Assembly: GCF_000143415.4 (NCBI RefSeq)
Contig: NW_003314285.1
Coordinates: 1,063-65,062, forward strand
Reading direction: 5' to 3'
DNA length: 64,000 nt
Origin: Selaginella moellendorffii
Taxonomy: Eukaryota; Plantae; Lycopodiophyta
Below are positions 1 through 12,818 of the stretch, one piece after another. Position 1 is the stretch's first letter; the number at the start of each line of letters is the position of its first letter. Below the pieces are notes generated by a model. It searched no databases, was not told where the DNA came from, and worked only from the letters and a program-made list of their open reading frames with translations. The position numbers and the translations under genes were made by a program.

Positions 1-286
1 GGAACAGCGTGTTGAAGTCATTGGAGCTCAAGTCTGAGAAGAACGCTTGGATCTCCGGCTCCATTGCTGAGCATGCTCGAATTGCCTCGCCACAAGCCCC
101 ACTGCACGGATTGTGTTTGTAGCCAGACACACATCCCAGATCGGCTATGCGGACCGGGCTCGTTTCGTCATAGCCAAAGTCACTTGCTGCTATCACATTC
201 TTGAGAGCTGGAGCGATGAGCGAGAAACCCACCGCTTGCTTGGCGGAGTTTCGAGTGTAGCTATTGATTCCCACTCCGCCCAGCAT
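1..286 (-). CDS. SABATH-family (SAM-dependent carboxyl) methyltransferase, 5' part; runs off the left edge of the window
   Basis: Manual translation from ATG at 286 gives MLGGVGINSYTRNSAKQ...PVRIADLGCVSG...EIQAFFSDLSSNDFNTLF. This has the SABATH motifs SYxxNSxxQ, IADLGC and DLxxNDFNTLF. Near-identical to 12431-12660. A +1 and a -1 indel relative to that copy restore the frame. Confidence 0.8.
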   Translation of the reverse strand, partial: MLGGVGINSYTRNSAKQAVGFSLIAPALKNVIAASDFGYDETSPVRIADLGCVSGYKHNPCSGACGEAIRACSAMEPEIQAFFSDLSSNDFNTLF

Positions 287-493
287 TCTAACTCGCCAGA
301 AGAATGTCCCTAGCTTATAGATCCCGTAAGAGCAAGGTCGAATGAAGAAGGACTAGTCCACAGTCCTTCGTTCTAATTTCGGCGAAATCTACCAAACTCG
401 CATCTAAGTTGGTAGGAATCTCGAAACCAACAATCAACATAGATATAACTATATCACAGTGATGATGCTTTGGCAAAGTTGACGACAAACCAT

Positions 494-810
494 TTAGCTG
501 GACGTTTCCTTTGGCTGCATGGCGCAGCTCCTTGGGCTCCATGTCCTCCTTGATACGAACTCCGACTTTGCGGGTGTCCACCACCCACGCGGTGTTGAAA
601 AATTGCTCGGCCCAGCAAGGCAAGCACAGCATGGGAACTCCAGTGAACACGGACTCAAGTGCCGAGTTCCATCTGCAATGCGAGAGCAAAGCACAAACAG
701 ATTCATGCTTCAGCAATGAAAAGCTTTCAAACCATGGAGAATTATTCATAAGAGATAATCAGCCCCTTCTCATTCTGGCTTGTCACTGGAGATCGACCCA
801 CAAAATGAGA
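494..810 (-). pseudogene. UDP-glycosyltransferase pseudogene, 3' (PSPG box) fragment
   Basis: LKHESVCALLSHCRWNSALESVFTGVPMLCLPCWAEQFFNT matches the PSPG box. Paralogous to 12880-13360 but with internal deletions. Confidence 0.85.
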
Positions 811-1074
811 GGTTTTAGAGAATATTCGCAAGTATTCGTGATATTGTAGGAATATACTTAGAACAAAATCTATTTTAGATACATAGATTTATAAAGCTTT
901 TAAGAATCTGTAGAGAAAGTTGCTTGTACATTAAATCTGGATAAGTAATTCATTCAAGCAGGTAAGTTTATTGTTGATGGAGATTGAAGAGTATGAACAA
1001 TAAGTAATCTAAGTATGTATAGGCATTCCATAGTTTCTCACAATCCAAACACATGAGAGCACTGGCATTCAAAA

Positions 1075-1400
1075 TAAGTTGCTACGTGTTGCATGTAATA
1101 ATGCTTAGTTTGTTTAATAGTAGTGTTATTCTTACTTATTAATTCAATTTATTAAATAAAATTTATAATTGTAAGCATGTTTGTAATTTATAAACACAAG
1201 ATGATAGAATAAAAAATAATATACTAGAAGGGGCTTAAGAAATTTTATATATTTAAACATGTTTATAAATTATAAATTATAAATACAAGATTAATCTAAA
1301 TGAATAATAACTGTTAGATGATAGAATATCTTAAATATCCAAGCATACTCTAAGTATATCCACTACCCTACAGGTTTGCTCAAGCAAACCAAAACCAAAA
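1075..1400. repeat. Dispersed AT-rich repeat; related copies at ~27830-28310 and ~28570-28860, short inverted match at ~3190-3225
   Basis: Visible alignment, e.g. 'gctacgtgttgcatgtaataatgc...tttataaacacaagat' (1081) vs 'gctacatgttgcatatagcaatgc...tttataaacacaagat' (28577). Confidence 0.75.
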
Positions 1401-2744
1401 GCTTTAATAATCTAAAAACAAAAAATACATTAGGAGAATTGTTTAATACTCTTGGAAAATAGAAAACCATTTGGTGAAATGTGTATATACATTCCCCAAT
1501 GTCCCTAGGGATTAATAAAAAAATTGGGTATGCTACCCTCCTTGTAAAATTACACTAGTGATATATCCTCGTGCTAGGGATATGGATCTGCACACAGTGT
1601 GGTGTCAACAATCACAACCTCTCCTTCTTGGCAGAAATCACACCTTATTTGCTAACTTGAGGATCCCATCCAAGGTCATTAGATCCCTCTGCAAGCGAGC
1701 CATGCTCTACCACTCCACAAGCCACCTTTGGTAGAAAACTAGTTAGCAATATTCCCCAACTTTATCTAAAACCATCTTTAGGCCTCAATGGTCCTCATGC
1801 TGCACTGGCAAGGCTAATGACAGTTCTCTTCACTCCTTGTGGTGGGTACAGACCACCACATAGGGATTTGCTGCCACAAGCAAATCCCTATAGCATCATG
1901 TTTTTTTTTCTTAATTTTTTGTTTGATTAGGTATTCCTAGAATAATTTCTTAGAATTTCATAAAATTTCTCTAACTAACACCATTAGCCCCCACAAAACA
2001 ACTGCCTCAATTAAGTAAGCTAAGGATTTGTTTGATGCATATCTAAATGGGACTTAACCTGCTAATATGCCAGTTTACCTTTTATGTAATGCCCAAGAAG
2101 GATCTAATAAAATGTAATGCTAGATGGTTCTCAAAGAATGGTTATTATGAATCATTTCAACTAATTCTAGCTTGAGGTAGTGATCCCAAATGAGATCTCC
2201 TTCCTTTGGGACTATGGCTGATGACATCCTTAAGTATTTGATACCATTCTTCAAAGTAGAGAAACTGATATGAAATATGTAATTCTTGCTGGGTATAGTG
2301 ATTTCAAATTGCTCAATGTTTCAAAGCTAAGATATGGAAGAGTAGCCATTGAGAATCTTATACACAGTAGGTAGCCTATTATGTTTCAAACCTTTATGAT
2401 TCTCTATTCTTATAGTGAGAAATCTTTGTTAAACATAGTTGTGATTTAATGGTGGATTGGATGCTTGATTTTGTTTTATTAATAAAGGGCTATAAAGAAA
2501 ACCAAGCATTATTTCTAAGCATAACATATTATTATTTTCTAAACTTGTAGTGAAAATTATATATTTATATTATTTATATAATATTAGTAAATAAATACAA
2601 ATGTTAGGATACCCTGCCAGAAAATGGAAGTGTATACACTCTCTAAACATTACAATTAAACCCCTAAATTACATTTTTGTGTCTCTCAATTTATATAGCC
2701 TTGGTATCTAAAGTTAATATAGCTCAACTTTATATAGCTTTATA

Positions 2745-3050
2745 TGTCATGAGCTTATATGGTTGCAAAGCTTCGAAAGGAAATATAAGCTGGATGTTTG
2801 TTTGTCCAGCCACTCCAAACAGCCCATATCCTTTATCTATAAAGATATGTTCAATTTGTGTTTCATCTTGTAGTGCAAAGGCCCAATCACGATACAATTT
2901 GGATTCACGTATTGGACAGCATCCAAGGCCATATTTTTGGAAGGAATTCACAAATACCCAAAAGTCACATGTCATCCTTTCAAAGTGTTGCCTGTGTCCT
3001 CATACTGTAGTGTGACTTGTGGGAAAAGAAGAAAGCCTGGACATAAAAAC
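2745..3050 (-). pseudogene. UDP-glycosyltransferase pseudogene, middle fragment (same gene as 494-810, split by a ~2-kb AT-rich insertion)
   Basis: WVFVNSFQ and 'tttgtccagccactccaaacagc' (LEWLDKQ) align with 13400-13760. Contains frameshifts and many C>T/G>A changes. Confidence 0.8.
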
Positions 3051-3334
3051 TATTATATTTATCATATGATTTTATTTTAAAACACTATCATAAACATAAG
3101 CTTGGCTTTTGATATTCAAGGTATTTAATTATATGTCAATTTCTTACTATATATTACACTGCTGATTTGTGTATAATTTGATAAGTGGTACAGGATATAG
3201 AATATGCTTAAATATTCTATCATCCTATCTTTATAAATGATAAAAAATTAGCTTAAATTTTTGGAATCATTAACTTCTTTTTATTTTATTTTTTCAGAAG
3301 TGTATTCATTTTAAACCTTCTATAATTTTAAACC

Positions 3335-3337
<3 letters not shown>

Positions 3338-3414
<77 letters not shown>
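3338..3414. repeat. (AG)n microsatellite, ~38 units
   Basis: Perfect dinucleotide run. Confidence 0.99.
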
Positions 3415-3418
<4 letters not shown>

Positions 3419-4559
3419 TATTGTCAAAGGTATCAAAAACTTTTATACCATCATTTCAATCTAGTGTCTACTTCCTTGAGTAGCATAAAGCTCAACTACT
3501 AGCCTGCAAAAAAGAAAAAAGAAGGATAGTTAAGTTATGCCAAAATTGAATAAGTCATTAAAACTTCTTTAAGATCTATAAATGCCTATTTGCAATCTTT
3601 AAACTAGATGAAAGATAATATTGATGATTTCAATAATGCTCACAATAATGTAATACAATAAAAAAAATGATTAACAAAATGACTAATATGTTACACTTTG
3701 CCAAGGAAGTATTGCATATCTTTTACACACTTTAGATTAAAACAACCCCAAAGCTATTAAAATCAATTTGCAAGCTAACTTTTCATAGTCAATTTAACAC
3801 TTTATGGACATTATGGATATGCTCCTTTCATGTCCCCTCTGAATGGATCAAAATATCATTAATAAAGTTAGTAATCACTTTTGGTATATCACAAATCATG
3901 ATCTACTAGAAAGCCACTAAAGCAATGTTCAAACTGATTGATATCACCAAGAATTTATATAATGGCTATGGCTATATAATTAGTAGTATTTGTTACTATA
4001 TTTTACTTTTTAGTTTGACTTAGAAAAAATATAGGGCGATATTCAAGTATACTATAGAATATACCTCAATTTAATGATAATTTTACTTCTCTATTCTTCT
4101 TATTATCACTAATATTAAACACTATGTAAGTGGAGATAGCAAAAGAAATTTACACATATAATAACAATCCCAATGAGCCTTAAGATTGTGAAGAAATCAA
4201 GCTCTAATCCATTACACCTAAACCTCCAAAACCAAAGACTCATTTGTGTTGATAGAAAGGAAATACAAACTATAAGTTTTGGCTGGATAAGAGTGCAAAA
4301 ACCTTTAGTGGTGGTGTGGTGGTTGTTGCTATGGATCATGCTTTTCTCACCAAGCCAGCCACTCCATTCTCACTTGAACTAGAATTTTTTTACCTCAATT
4401 CAAGTTATAAAATTTTAATCTAGTGAAAGGAAACAAATGGAGAAGTGAACAAGGTGTAGGGTTGGTGTAAAGTGTCTTGCTTGGAAGATTGTCAATGATA
4501 GGCATTTACAATATTGAGTATAAATTAGGAAAGTAAGTCATTTAAAAAGATATCTATAC

Positions 4560-6015
4560 TTGACTTTTTATTATGCATATGGATGCTTTCAATATTGGTA
4601 TTAGAGGTGTGTTGATGCAAAAAAGAACAAATGTGTATAGTCAATATCATCTCATTACATATATCAATCATATATGACAACTAGCAAAGGTGAAATACTC
4701 TACAATAGAGAAGTGTTTAGCTATGTGGCTCTCATATTTTGCAAAAGGGTGATCATATTACAATTACTTCATTATTAAAGTGGAAAAATTTAGTTGGTTG
4801 TATTGTTTGATGGGCTTTAAAATTTTAGATATATAACTTTGAGGTTGTTTATCACTTAAAAAGTTTTATAGTTAATGTTAATACCCTTTCTTAAGCTCCT
4901 TTTTCTTCTTTACTCTCTTATTATATCCTTGACAAGTTTGTTATTTCAGCATTAATAAATTTTTTGGACAAAGATTCCATATCATTGGCAGTTATACTTG
5001 ATGTGAAATATCCATAAGGCGCAAAATTAAATTTATCTTCTCATATTAAGTTTTGTGAGGCTAAAAATTTGAGCCATAGATTCAAAAACTTTGTGATAAG
5101 TTTGAGAATTTTACATCACTTATTAATGATTTGCCCTCCTATCATTTATATTTTTAATATTACCTTGAGGATTACCTTTTTTACTTTGTGAGAATTGATT
5201 TTAATAACCATTTACAACTGGTGGTGCCTTTGACATTTATTCTATGCTTTCTCCATATTTACCATGACTCTCCTTTTCTAGGTAGGTATATGAGACATTG
5301 TTATATGACAGAGAAGCTCTATAAGTCCAGAAATATGACATGATATCATTTAGTACGTGCATAGTTGTGTATGATGCAAAAACATATAATACATTGCCCT
5401 TGTATTATAAAAGGATAGTTAGAGTTAATTGCAAATTCCTATTTATTTATATTAGTAGTATTTAAAGTGAAATAGCTTTTTCCATGCTTGGCTACTGGTA
5501 AGAGGACATTATTATTGCTTTCAATTACTTAACTTGTTAAGTGGAAATAAATGCTCTTGCTAGTGTATTTGCAACTGTTATTAAATATTTTCTTCTCAAT
5601 TAAGTGGTATTCTAATATTCTTGTCTAGAATGGATTCACTTAGACAATAGTCCTATATTTATGGTTGAGGTATTTCATATTTTGATATCTCAATTAGGAA
5701 TATGCCACATTTTCACAAGTGTTTATCATCCATATGTAGATGGTTTGGTTGAACGGCTCATTTTATCTTTTATGGGGATGATCACAAAGTATATATTCAA
5801 CATTTAGATTATAATGATTATTTACCAACTTTTTAGTATGCATATGTTATAGGGTGTAGAATTTTATTAATGCTTCACGATATAAATTCATGATCTTATA
5901 TTGTCAATGGAGTTGAGTTTATTTTTGTGATTGCTATGAGTTGTTGATACTAGGTCAATAGCCCATTAACAAGAGAACCTTAATTACATTCCATCCTCTC
6001 GAGTGGAGGGGATGA
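4560..6015 (+). mobile_element. Decayed Ty3/gypsy LTR-retrotransposon pol remnant (RNase H then integrase), possible PPT at ~6001-6012
   Basis: Interrupted translations: FIMHMDAFNIGIRGVLMQ and KYSTIEK (RNase H, ~4570-4720); DII*YVHSCV*CK (integrase Zn finger, ~5342-5380); LGICHIFTSVYHPYVDGLVERL (integrase core, from 5694). The RH-INT order is gypsy-like. Confidence 0.75.
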
Positions 6016-8376
6016 TATGAGTTATATGCTATTATTAGTATAATGGGACTTTAATAGTCGTTAGATTGGTTTTAATCTAAACCACTTATATAAATTAGGG
6101 TTTTAGACTAATTTAATATATCATACACTCACATTAATAAAAATTAAGGAATATTCTTATTAGGATCTCTAGCTAATAGTTTTGGGATATTTGGGGTTAA
6201 ACTTCATTAGATTTGAATAATACTAGACTATATCACCTTTTGAGTGTAAATTCTTGAATTTTGTTGCTTATAATTCACCACGCTTCCCTGTAAATTCACG
6301 CCCTCGTGAATAGAAGCTGAAAGCCATAGCTCTTTTAAAATCCTCGCTCTCTTGACACCCTATCACTTAAGTCGAGCCTAACTGGAAGCAAATTAAACTT
6401 ACCAAATGTCAATCTGAATATGTGATATGATTCCCTTAGCCAACTAATAGAGTCAAACCCAAAACCACTCTGATAAGGACACTTAACCAAGACACTTAAC
6501 CAATTTGAAAATAGGGTGCAGTCTAGATCTTTTTTCTTTATATCTGAACCCTTGGCTTTGGTTGCTTATATTGGGAAGTCTAAATTTAAGAGCCTACACT
6601 AGTACTTAGAAGTAAGACCTAACTTGGTGAACCAACAACTTTTTTTTAAATAATCTAGAATCGATAGTATGAGAAAGAGAGTATATATATGGGATAAAAA
6701 AAAACTCCTATTAAGCTTTATTACAAAGACAAATTTCATATGCTTAAGGTTAGATAACACCTTTCTTTAATATCTTATTAATATTTACATATAAGATTTT
6801 GATCTCCTTTGACAACCAATGATAAACATCCCTAGTTGGAATAAATGATACATTGTAATCTTTGCATTAGAAAATATATATATTAAAAAGTAATAGAAAG
6901 ATAAAAGTGATAGAAGTAAAGATAGAAACAAAGGGATGAGGTGGAATAAAATTGAAAAAAAAATATTAAAATGAGAAATATGAGACAAAGGGGAGAAGCT
7001 TCAAAATTATACTTAGTATGATTGTATTGCAATCAATCAAGCTTGACTCAACATGATTGAAGATTAAGATTGACACTACCTATATACATAGATAAATCCA
7101 CCTTATCCCTATGTATGACTATTGCTATAGAGAATAGAGACTAGCTTTACCGCACAACACAAATATAAATGGCAATATATTGAACAATATAAGATAAATT
7201 AACCAACATAAAAAGGATAATATATAACCTTTTTATTATAAAACGAGCTTGGAAAATAAAAATTTGATGGACTAATGCCAACTAAACCCTTTGATAGTAC
7301 TTACGAAGGAAGGACAAAGGAGAAGGGGATGCTAATTTATTCATGCAAAGATCTTTTGTAAATAACTAAAGAGAACAATTTGAAAGATAACTTATAAGAG
7401 TTTAAATATAAAAGGTAAAGGCTTATAAATAAGTTATCGGTTAAAAGTTTTGAAATATCGGTTAAAAGTTTTGAGATACTTTGGGGTTAAGTGTCCTTAG
7501 GTTTGAATAGTATTGGGCTAAATAACCTCTTAGAAAGTCCAATTTTAAGAACTTACATTTGGTATTGAAATGGTTGAAGGTGTGAACTTGTAAGATGGTG
7601 GATTGTAAACAACCAAAAGAATAACTCAAAAGACAATTTATAAGGGTTCAAATATAGAGGAAAAGGGTTTATGAATAACATTTTTTAATTAATTAAAAGG
7701 GTTTTAAGCATACTTGAGTTTAAATAATACTAAGTTGGATGATCTCCTAGGAAGTCCTAATTTCAGGAGCTTACACCCTCTACTACTACTTGTTTGACTC
7801 CTTATTTCTTGGATAAATCTCTATATAAACATTAGCCCAAGTTTTATACTATGCCAACTGATAGAGTACCTATATCCTTATTAGGCCATTAGTATACTAA
7901 AATAATGTTAAACTTTATTTGGCTCTATATATATGTGGCCAACCTCATTGAAGTCCACCCCACTCAAAAACTCATTTATAATATCTACATGCCCAATAGT
8001 GAATATTATAGCCATAACCATATCCTTGTCCTTGCCTACCTCCAAATATTAAGACTTTACATGGAGTAGTAAAACATCATTTTCTAAGATATACCAAGAA
8101 CAACTTGAAGTACATATAGCTATAAGTGGGAAATATGATATCTTATAGTAAGTATTGTGTTAACTGAAGAGTATAGATATTCAAAGGTGGCTATGGCAAC
8201 TACATACACAAAACCCATAAAAATCTTGTAAAAGTGTTGGATACAACATATCTAACTTGATTACTCAGTTTTTCACAAAGCAAAAAGTTCTAAAAATGAA
8301 CATCATATTGTATAATTGACTTAGATAACCTTTGATAGAGAGATGATGCAATTGTTAAAAGGTATTATCACAATTG

Positions 8377-8680
8377 TTAACTGTAGCGCACCTTATCTCT
8401 CTCCCCTTAAGCCAATTGGAAAAGAGGCAATTGCTTGACACCTTCATTTCTGCACTGAATCTACTAATCCTTCCATTATGTAAACCAGCTATTCCATGTG
8501 ATGTCTAATACGTACGATTTTCAAATTTAGGGGTAGGAATATACCTTGCTTAAGGGTATATTATATTTTAGGTAGCCACTAATCAATGGGAATTGAATAC
8601 GTGCCATTTGCTCTGATATTAACTGTAGCGCATTTTATTTCTCTCCTTTTAAACCAACTGGAAAAGGGGCAATTGCTTGA
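8377..8680. repeat. 62-bp imperfect direct repeat (8377-8438 and 8619-8680)
   Basis: 'ttaactgtagcgca...ggaaaag(a/g)ggcaattgcttga' occurs twice, 242 bp apart. Confidence 0.8.
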
Positions 8681-11600
8681 TGAGAGAGCCCTTAGTGGCT
8701 ATTTTATCCCTATTTATCCCCTAAGGTTCCAAGGATCCACAGTGACAGTATATCCAAATCTCATCCCATGATCACATGCACTACACTTGTTAACATATCT
8801 AAATAAATGCTTGATAACATTTAGGCGAAAGCTCCAATCCATACAAGTGGCTACACTCAAGCTATTGTAATATTGCAATATTATCCCTTGGGAAACTGTG
8901 GGAAACTCATAAACACCAAATATCATCTCAAGAATAATAAATGATAATTACTATAAAGTGATTGAATCAATAGTACATAATATTTCTAGGATTTTTAGGG
9001 AAGAAATCTAATTAAATGCTAGGATTGGTAATAAGAGCAACAAAAGTTGCCACTATCAATTGAGTTTGATTATTCAATTAAAACTATATAACATCAAATA
9101 ATTACACCAATTGCTACTCTAGAGTCAAAAAAGAAGGAGGCTAGTACAAAAGAAGAGTATACTACTCTACCATCAAGATAAAAAAATATAAATAGAGAAA
9201 TAAAAGAAAAGAAATAGAAGACTTATAAGGACAAAAGAGATTTAGATAATGCAAAAGCTACATCTAAACCAAAAGCACTAAGCTAAACACTCATCAAAAA
9301 TAATTAAATTTGCCCTTAAACTCCACCAATATGAGTGTATAGAATATAAAAATATGCATATTTGATTAGCCCCAAAACCCTCACTTTTATACAAGAGTGA
9401 GTGATATGGATTGAAACTTATATGATAGCTATCAAAATCCCACTATACTATAATATATATGGCATTATAGCTATATATTTAAACCTTATAATTATGGAAT
9501 AGATGAAATGCCATGTATAATGGATCACATTTTAATTCAAGGCATTTGTCCTTTATCAACTCTTATAGATAATATTTATAAGTTGAGAGTTCCCAATTAA
9601 TATGTCATGGGTATGTGGTATTACATAAGAACCCAAATTGGCCATACCAAAAGGTTGTTCCTTAATGTATTGAAATCTTGAAAAACATGGTAAAATAAGA
9701 ATTGTTTTTTATCCCACTAAAGAATTTCTCCTAATGGGTATAGAAAACTGAAAAAGAAGAATAAGTCTTGGTTCCACGAGACAAGGTCTTGAACTGGCAA
9801 TAATTTCTCCTATTGGGGAGGATTTTTCTTTTGATAGAACTTTTCTTAGGAAGATTTTCTTATGATAGGGCTTTGTTGAGAATATTTGCCTTATGACAAT
9901 TTTATCTAGCACCCATTGGGACTCTCAAAGTAGTAATTTTCCTAATGGATTATAATTATTTTGCTAATTGAAAAATGTTGATGATAAAAGTGGTGATTTT
10001 TCTGAAAAAAAAATTTCAAAGTTTTTTTCTGATGAGAAGGCAATTCTTGATAGACAAAATGTCCTTTGGAAAAAATTGTTAAAGTTTTTTACCAACAGAA
10101 AGGATGTCTATTAGAAGAGCTTCCCAACACCATATTTTTCCCAATAAGGAGATTATTCAAGGTAAGTGGAAGTTGTAAAAAATTTAAAATAAAACCATCT
10201 ACATTTATATAAGTTATAATTAAATTGTGGTTATGGGATCAAAACAATTTTTCATAAGGATGGGCTATAAGCTTTAAAGATGCATTTAAAATATCTACTC
10301 ATGTTCACCAGATGTGAATGCACAGATTAAAGTGTGTTTTGATTAACACTATAACTTATTTAGGTTGATGAAGGTGTTACAACCTCCAAAGCATCCTACC
10401 TCAAAATTTTCATTTGGAGCATGATACTTATTTCATTTAACAGTGAGATCCAAGTGTATAGCAAAACTACATAGGACTAGTAGGAATAAAGCATCTTCAA
10501 GTAGCATAGAGGAATCTCATGCTTGAGAGTATAAAAGGCAAGAGTTCAAAGTCTAAAGGCAGTTAGACCTCACCCCTTGGACAATTGCAAGCATTGGCTC
10601 TTAGATTTCATAAAGAAGGTTTCCTTCCAGAGAGAAGTGAAGAATCTTTGTGTGGCTCATAATTGGCTATAGCTACATAATGTTCCTGAGATTGTTTGAG
10701 TCTATGCAATGTTTTTAGAGTCCTTCCATCCTATAGTTGAGTTGGAGAGGAATCTTAGTAAATCTTGCAATCGGTCATGGAAACACAGTGTTTCTGTACT
10801 TAGCATCTTTGATGGCTATGGAAGCGGCATCCAAAGTGCTTGTGCCTCCTAGGGTCGGGCAAAAAGTCAAAGCTAGGACTCATCCACGTGGCAGCAGCGG
10901 AAATGTCATCGACTTCCTACCTCTAGCTGCCCTCTCCAATATGGCCCGATCTCCAGCTTGGAATGATGCAGCCCAGCTCCTAGTGCTGTGGGCATGCCTC
11001 CCACTGCAGCAGATGCCGATTCTTGGCCTCCCAAGCAGCATTAACTCCTCAAAACACTCTTCTTGTGCACACTAACTCATTTCTTTCTCTCCCTAGGTGG
11101 TGCTTGACACCACAGGGATCATCACACGATCTGGACGTCTGTTTTAAAAGGAAAAAAAAATGGAGATCTGAATCCTCTAGAAAAAAATGACATACCTCAC
11201 AAACATTCTACACAACAAAAGCCCAATGTCAAAACCCCAAGGCATTAGATCCCAATGCTGCCACTGCCACTTGTAACAGACTCTTTCGCCTAGACGATAG
11301 TTGAAATCCTGTAGGGGATCAAGACCAACAGGAGATTGCAGTTGGGAATTTTTGTATCTGTCCGGTATTCACACATAATGTAATGTAATACTAACCCTTT
11401 TACACTAGTATATTATGAGATGCTCGTGGCCGTGCTGAGCGATGTGCGCCATAGGGACCAGGCCGTCTGACAATGAAGAGGTGTTCAAGCTTACAGTGCC
11501 CGAGCCAAGAAGGTTTTTAAGTTTTAATGGAGTTAAAGTGGGCTTCTTCGGTGAGTCAACTTGATGAATTTCTCTCCCTTCTTCGTGGGGATCCCTAGCC

Positions 11601-11699
11601 ACCACACAATTGAAGAACAAGCACTCTAGAAAACCAAAGAAAGAACATTATAATTCTAAGGTGGGGTGGGAACGTTATTTACGTTCATCATATATTCCA

Positions 11700-12629
11700 T
11701 TAGTTTGTGCTTGAAGCCATCACTTTCGCTGGAGGATCACGAATGGCATAGAAAGATTTACGTGAGGTGGAATGAATGTTACATAGAGTTGTAAAAATCG
11801 TTTACCAGGTCGCCATTGTTTCTGAGATGCCGGGAGATGGATTCGTGGGTAATGTTCTTGCAGAAGGAAACTTCAGCAGCAACATAGCTTTGGAGGCTTA
11901 GACCGTTGGAAATTGATGGCACTGAACACTTGCCCTGCTCAAGTGTGAGGATCGCGAATGATTCCCCGGTCTCCACATTTCCTTTTACCACAGTCCTGGA
12001 AAACCAAGCCATGCAGAACGTAGCATGAGTTTCGTGATCAATCAGTTCCTGCCGTGGAACAAGTTTGTCATGGTTCCAGAAACTATATGCATGCGTACCT
12101 CTTGGAGCATATCGTTCCATGCCAGCTCCAACCGTGAAACATGCCAGTTCTCGAAGGACGTGAACTCGGGCTGGTGCATCCGTGAGAACAAGCAGAGGAT
12201 TCCTCCAGGAACAATCTCTTGTGCTCGGCAGGTTAAGAACCCGCAAAGATCCTCCATGTGCTTGGGTTCGTTGAATGGACCACACAGATCACTCTCTGGA
12301 GTCTAGAGAGAAGACAAATGCCCATTGAAGGAAGATTTAGATCGAAGGAATGAGCTTGAACGCTCGTAAAAGGATCCAGAGACAGCGGCAGTGAAGCATC
12401 GCAGCGATGGCGATGACTGTTCTAGCTGCTGGAACAGCGTGTTGAAGTCATTGGAGCTCAAGTCCGAGAAGAAGGCTTGGATCTCCGGCTCCATTGCTGA
12501 GCATGCTCGAATTGCCTCGGCAACAAGCCCCACTGCACGGATTGTGTTGTAGCCAGATGCACATCCCAGATCTAGCCACTTGCTTGGCAGAGTTTTGAGT
12601 GTAGCTATCGATTCCACTCCGCCCAGCAT
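11700..12629 (-). pseudogene. SABATH methyltransferase, probable pseudogene
   Basis: Motifs DLGCASG, FFSDLSSNDFNTLF, GSFYER, DLCGFLTCRAQEIVPGG and AWNDMLQE. It has a ~90-bp deletion and a frameshift relative to the copy at 1-286, and no recognisable ALHWLS segment. Left boundary approximate. Confidence 0.75.
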
Positions 12630-12818
12630 TCTAACTTGCGAGAAGAATGTCCCAAGCTTATAAATCCTGTGAGCGTCGTTGCAATGCATTCATATCAAGG
12701 ACGTCCAAAGTCCTTTGTTCTAACTTGGATGGAATCCTCCAAAGTGAAGTCTAAGACCATGTGCCCAAGTAAGAAACAAAACCAACCACGTTGGTAGGTG
12801 GTGAGGTCATCCCATGCA

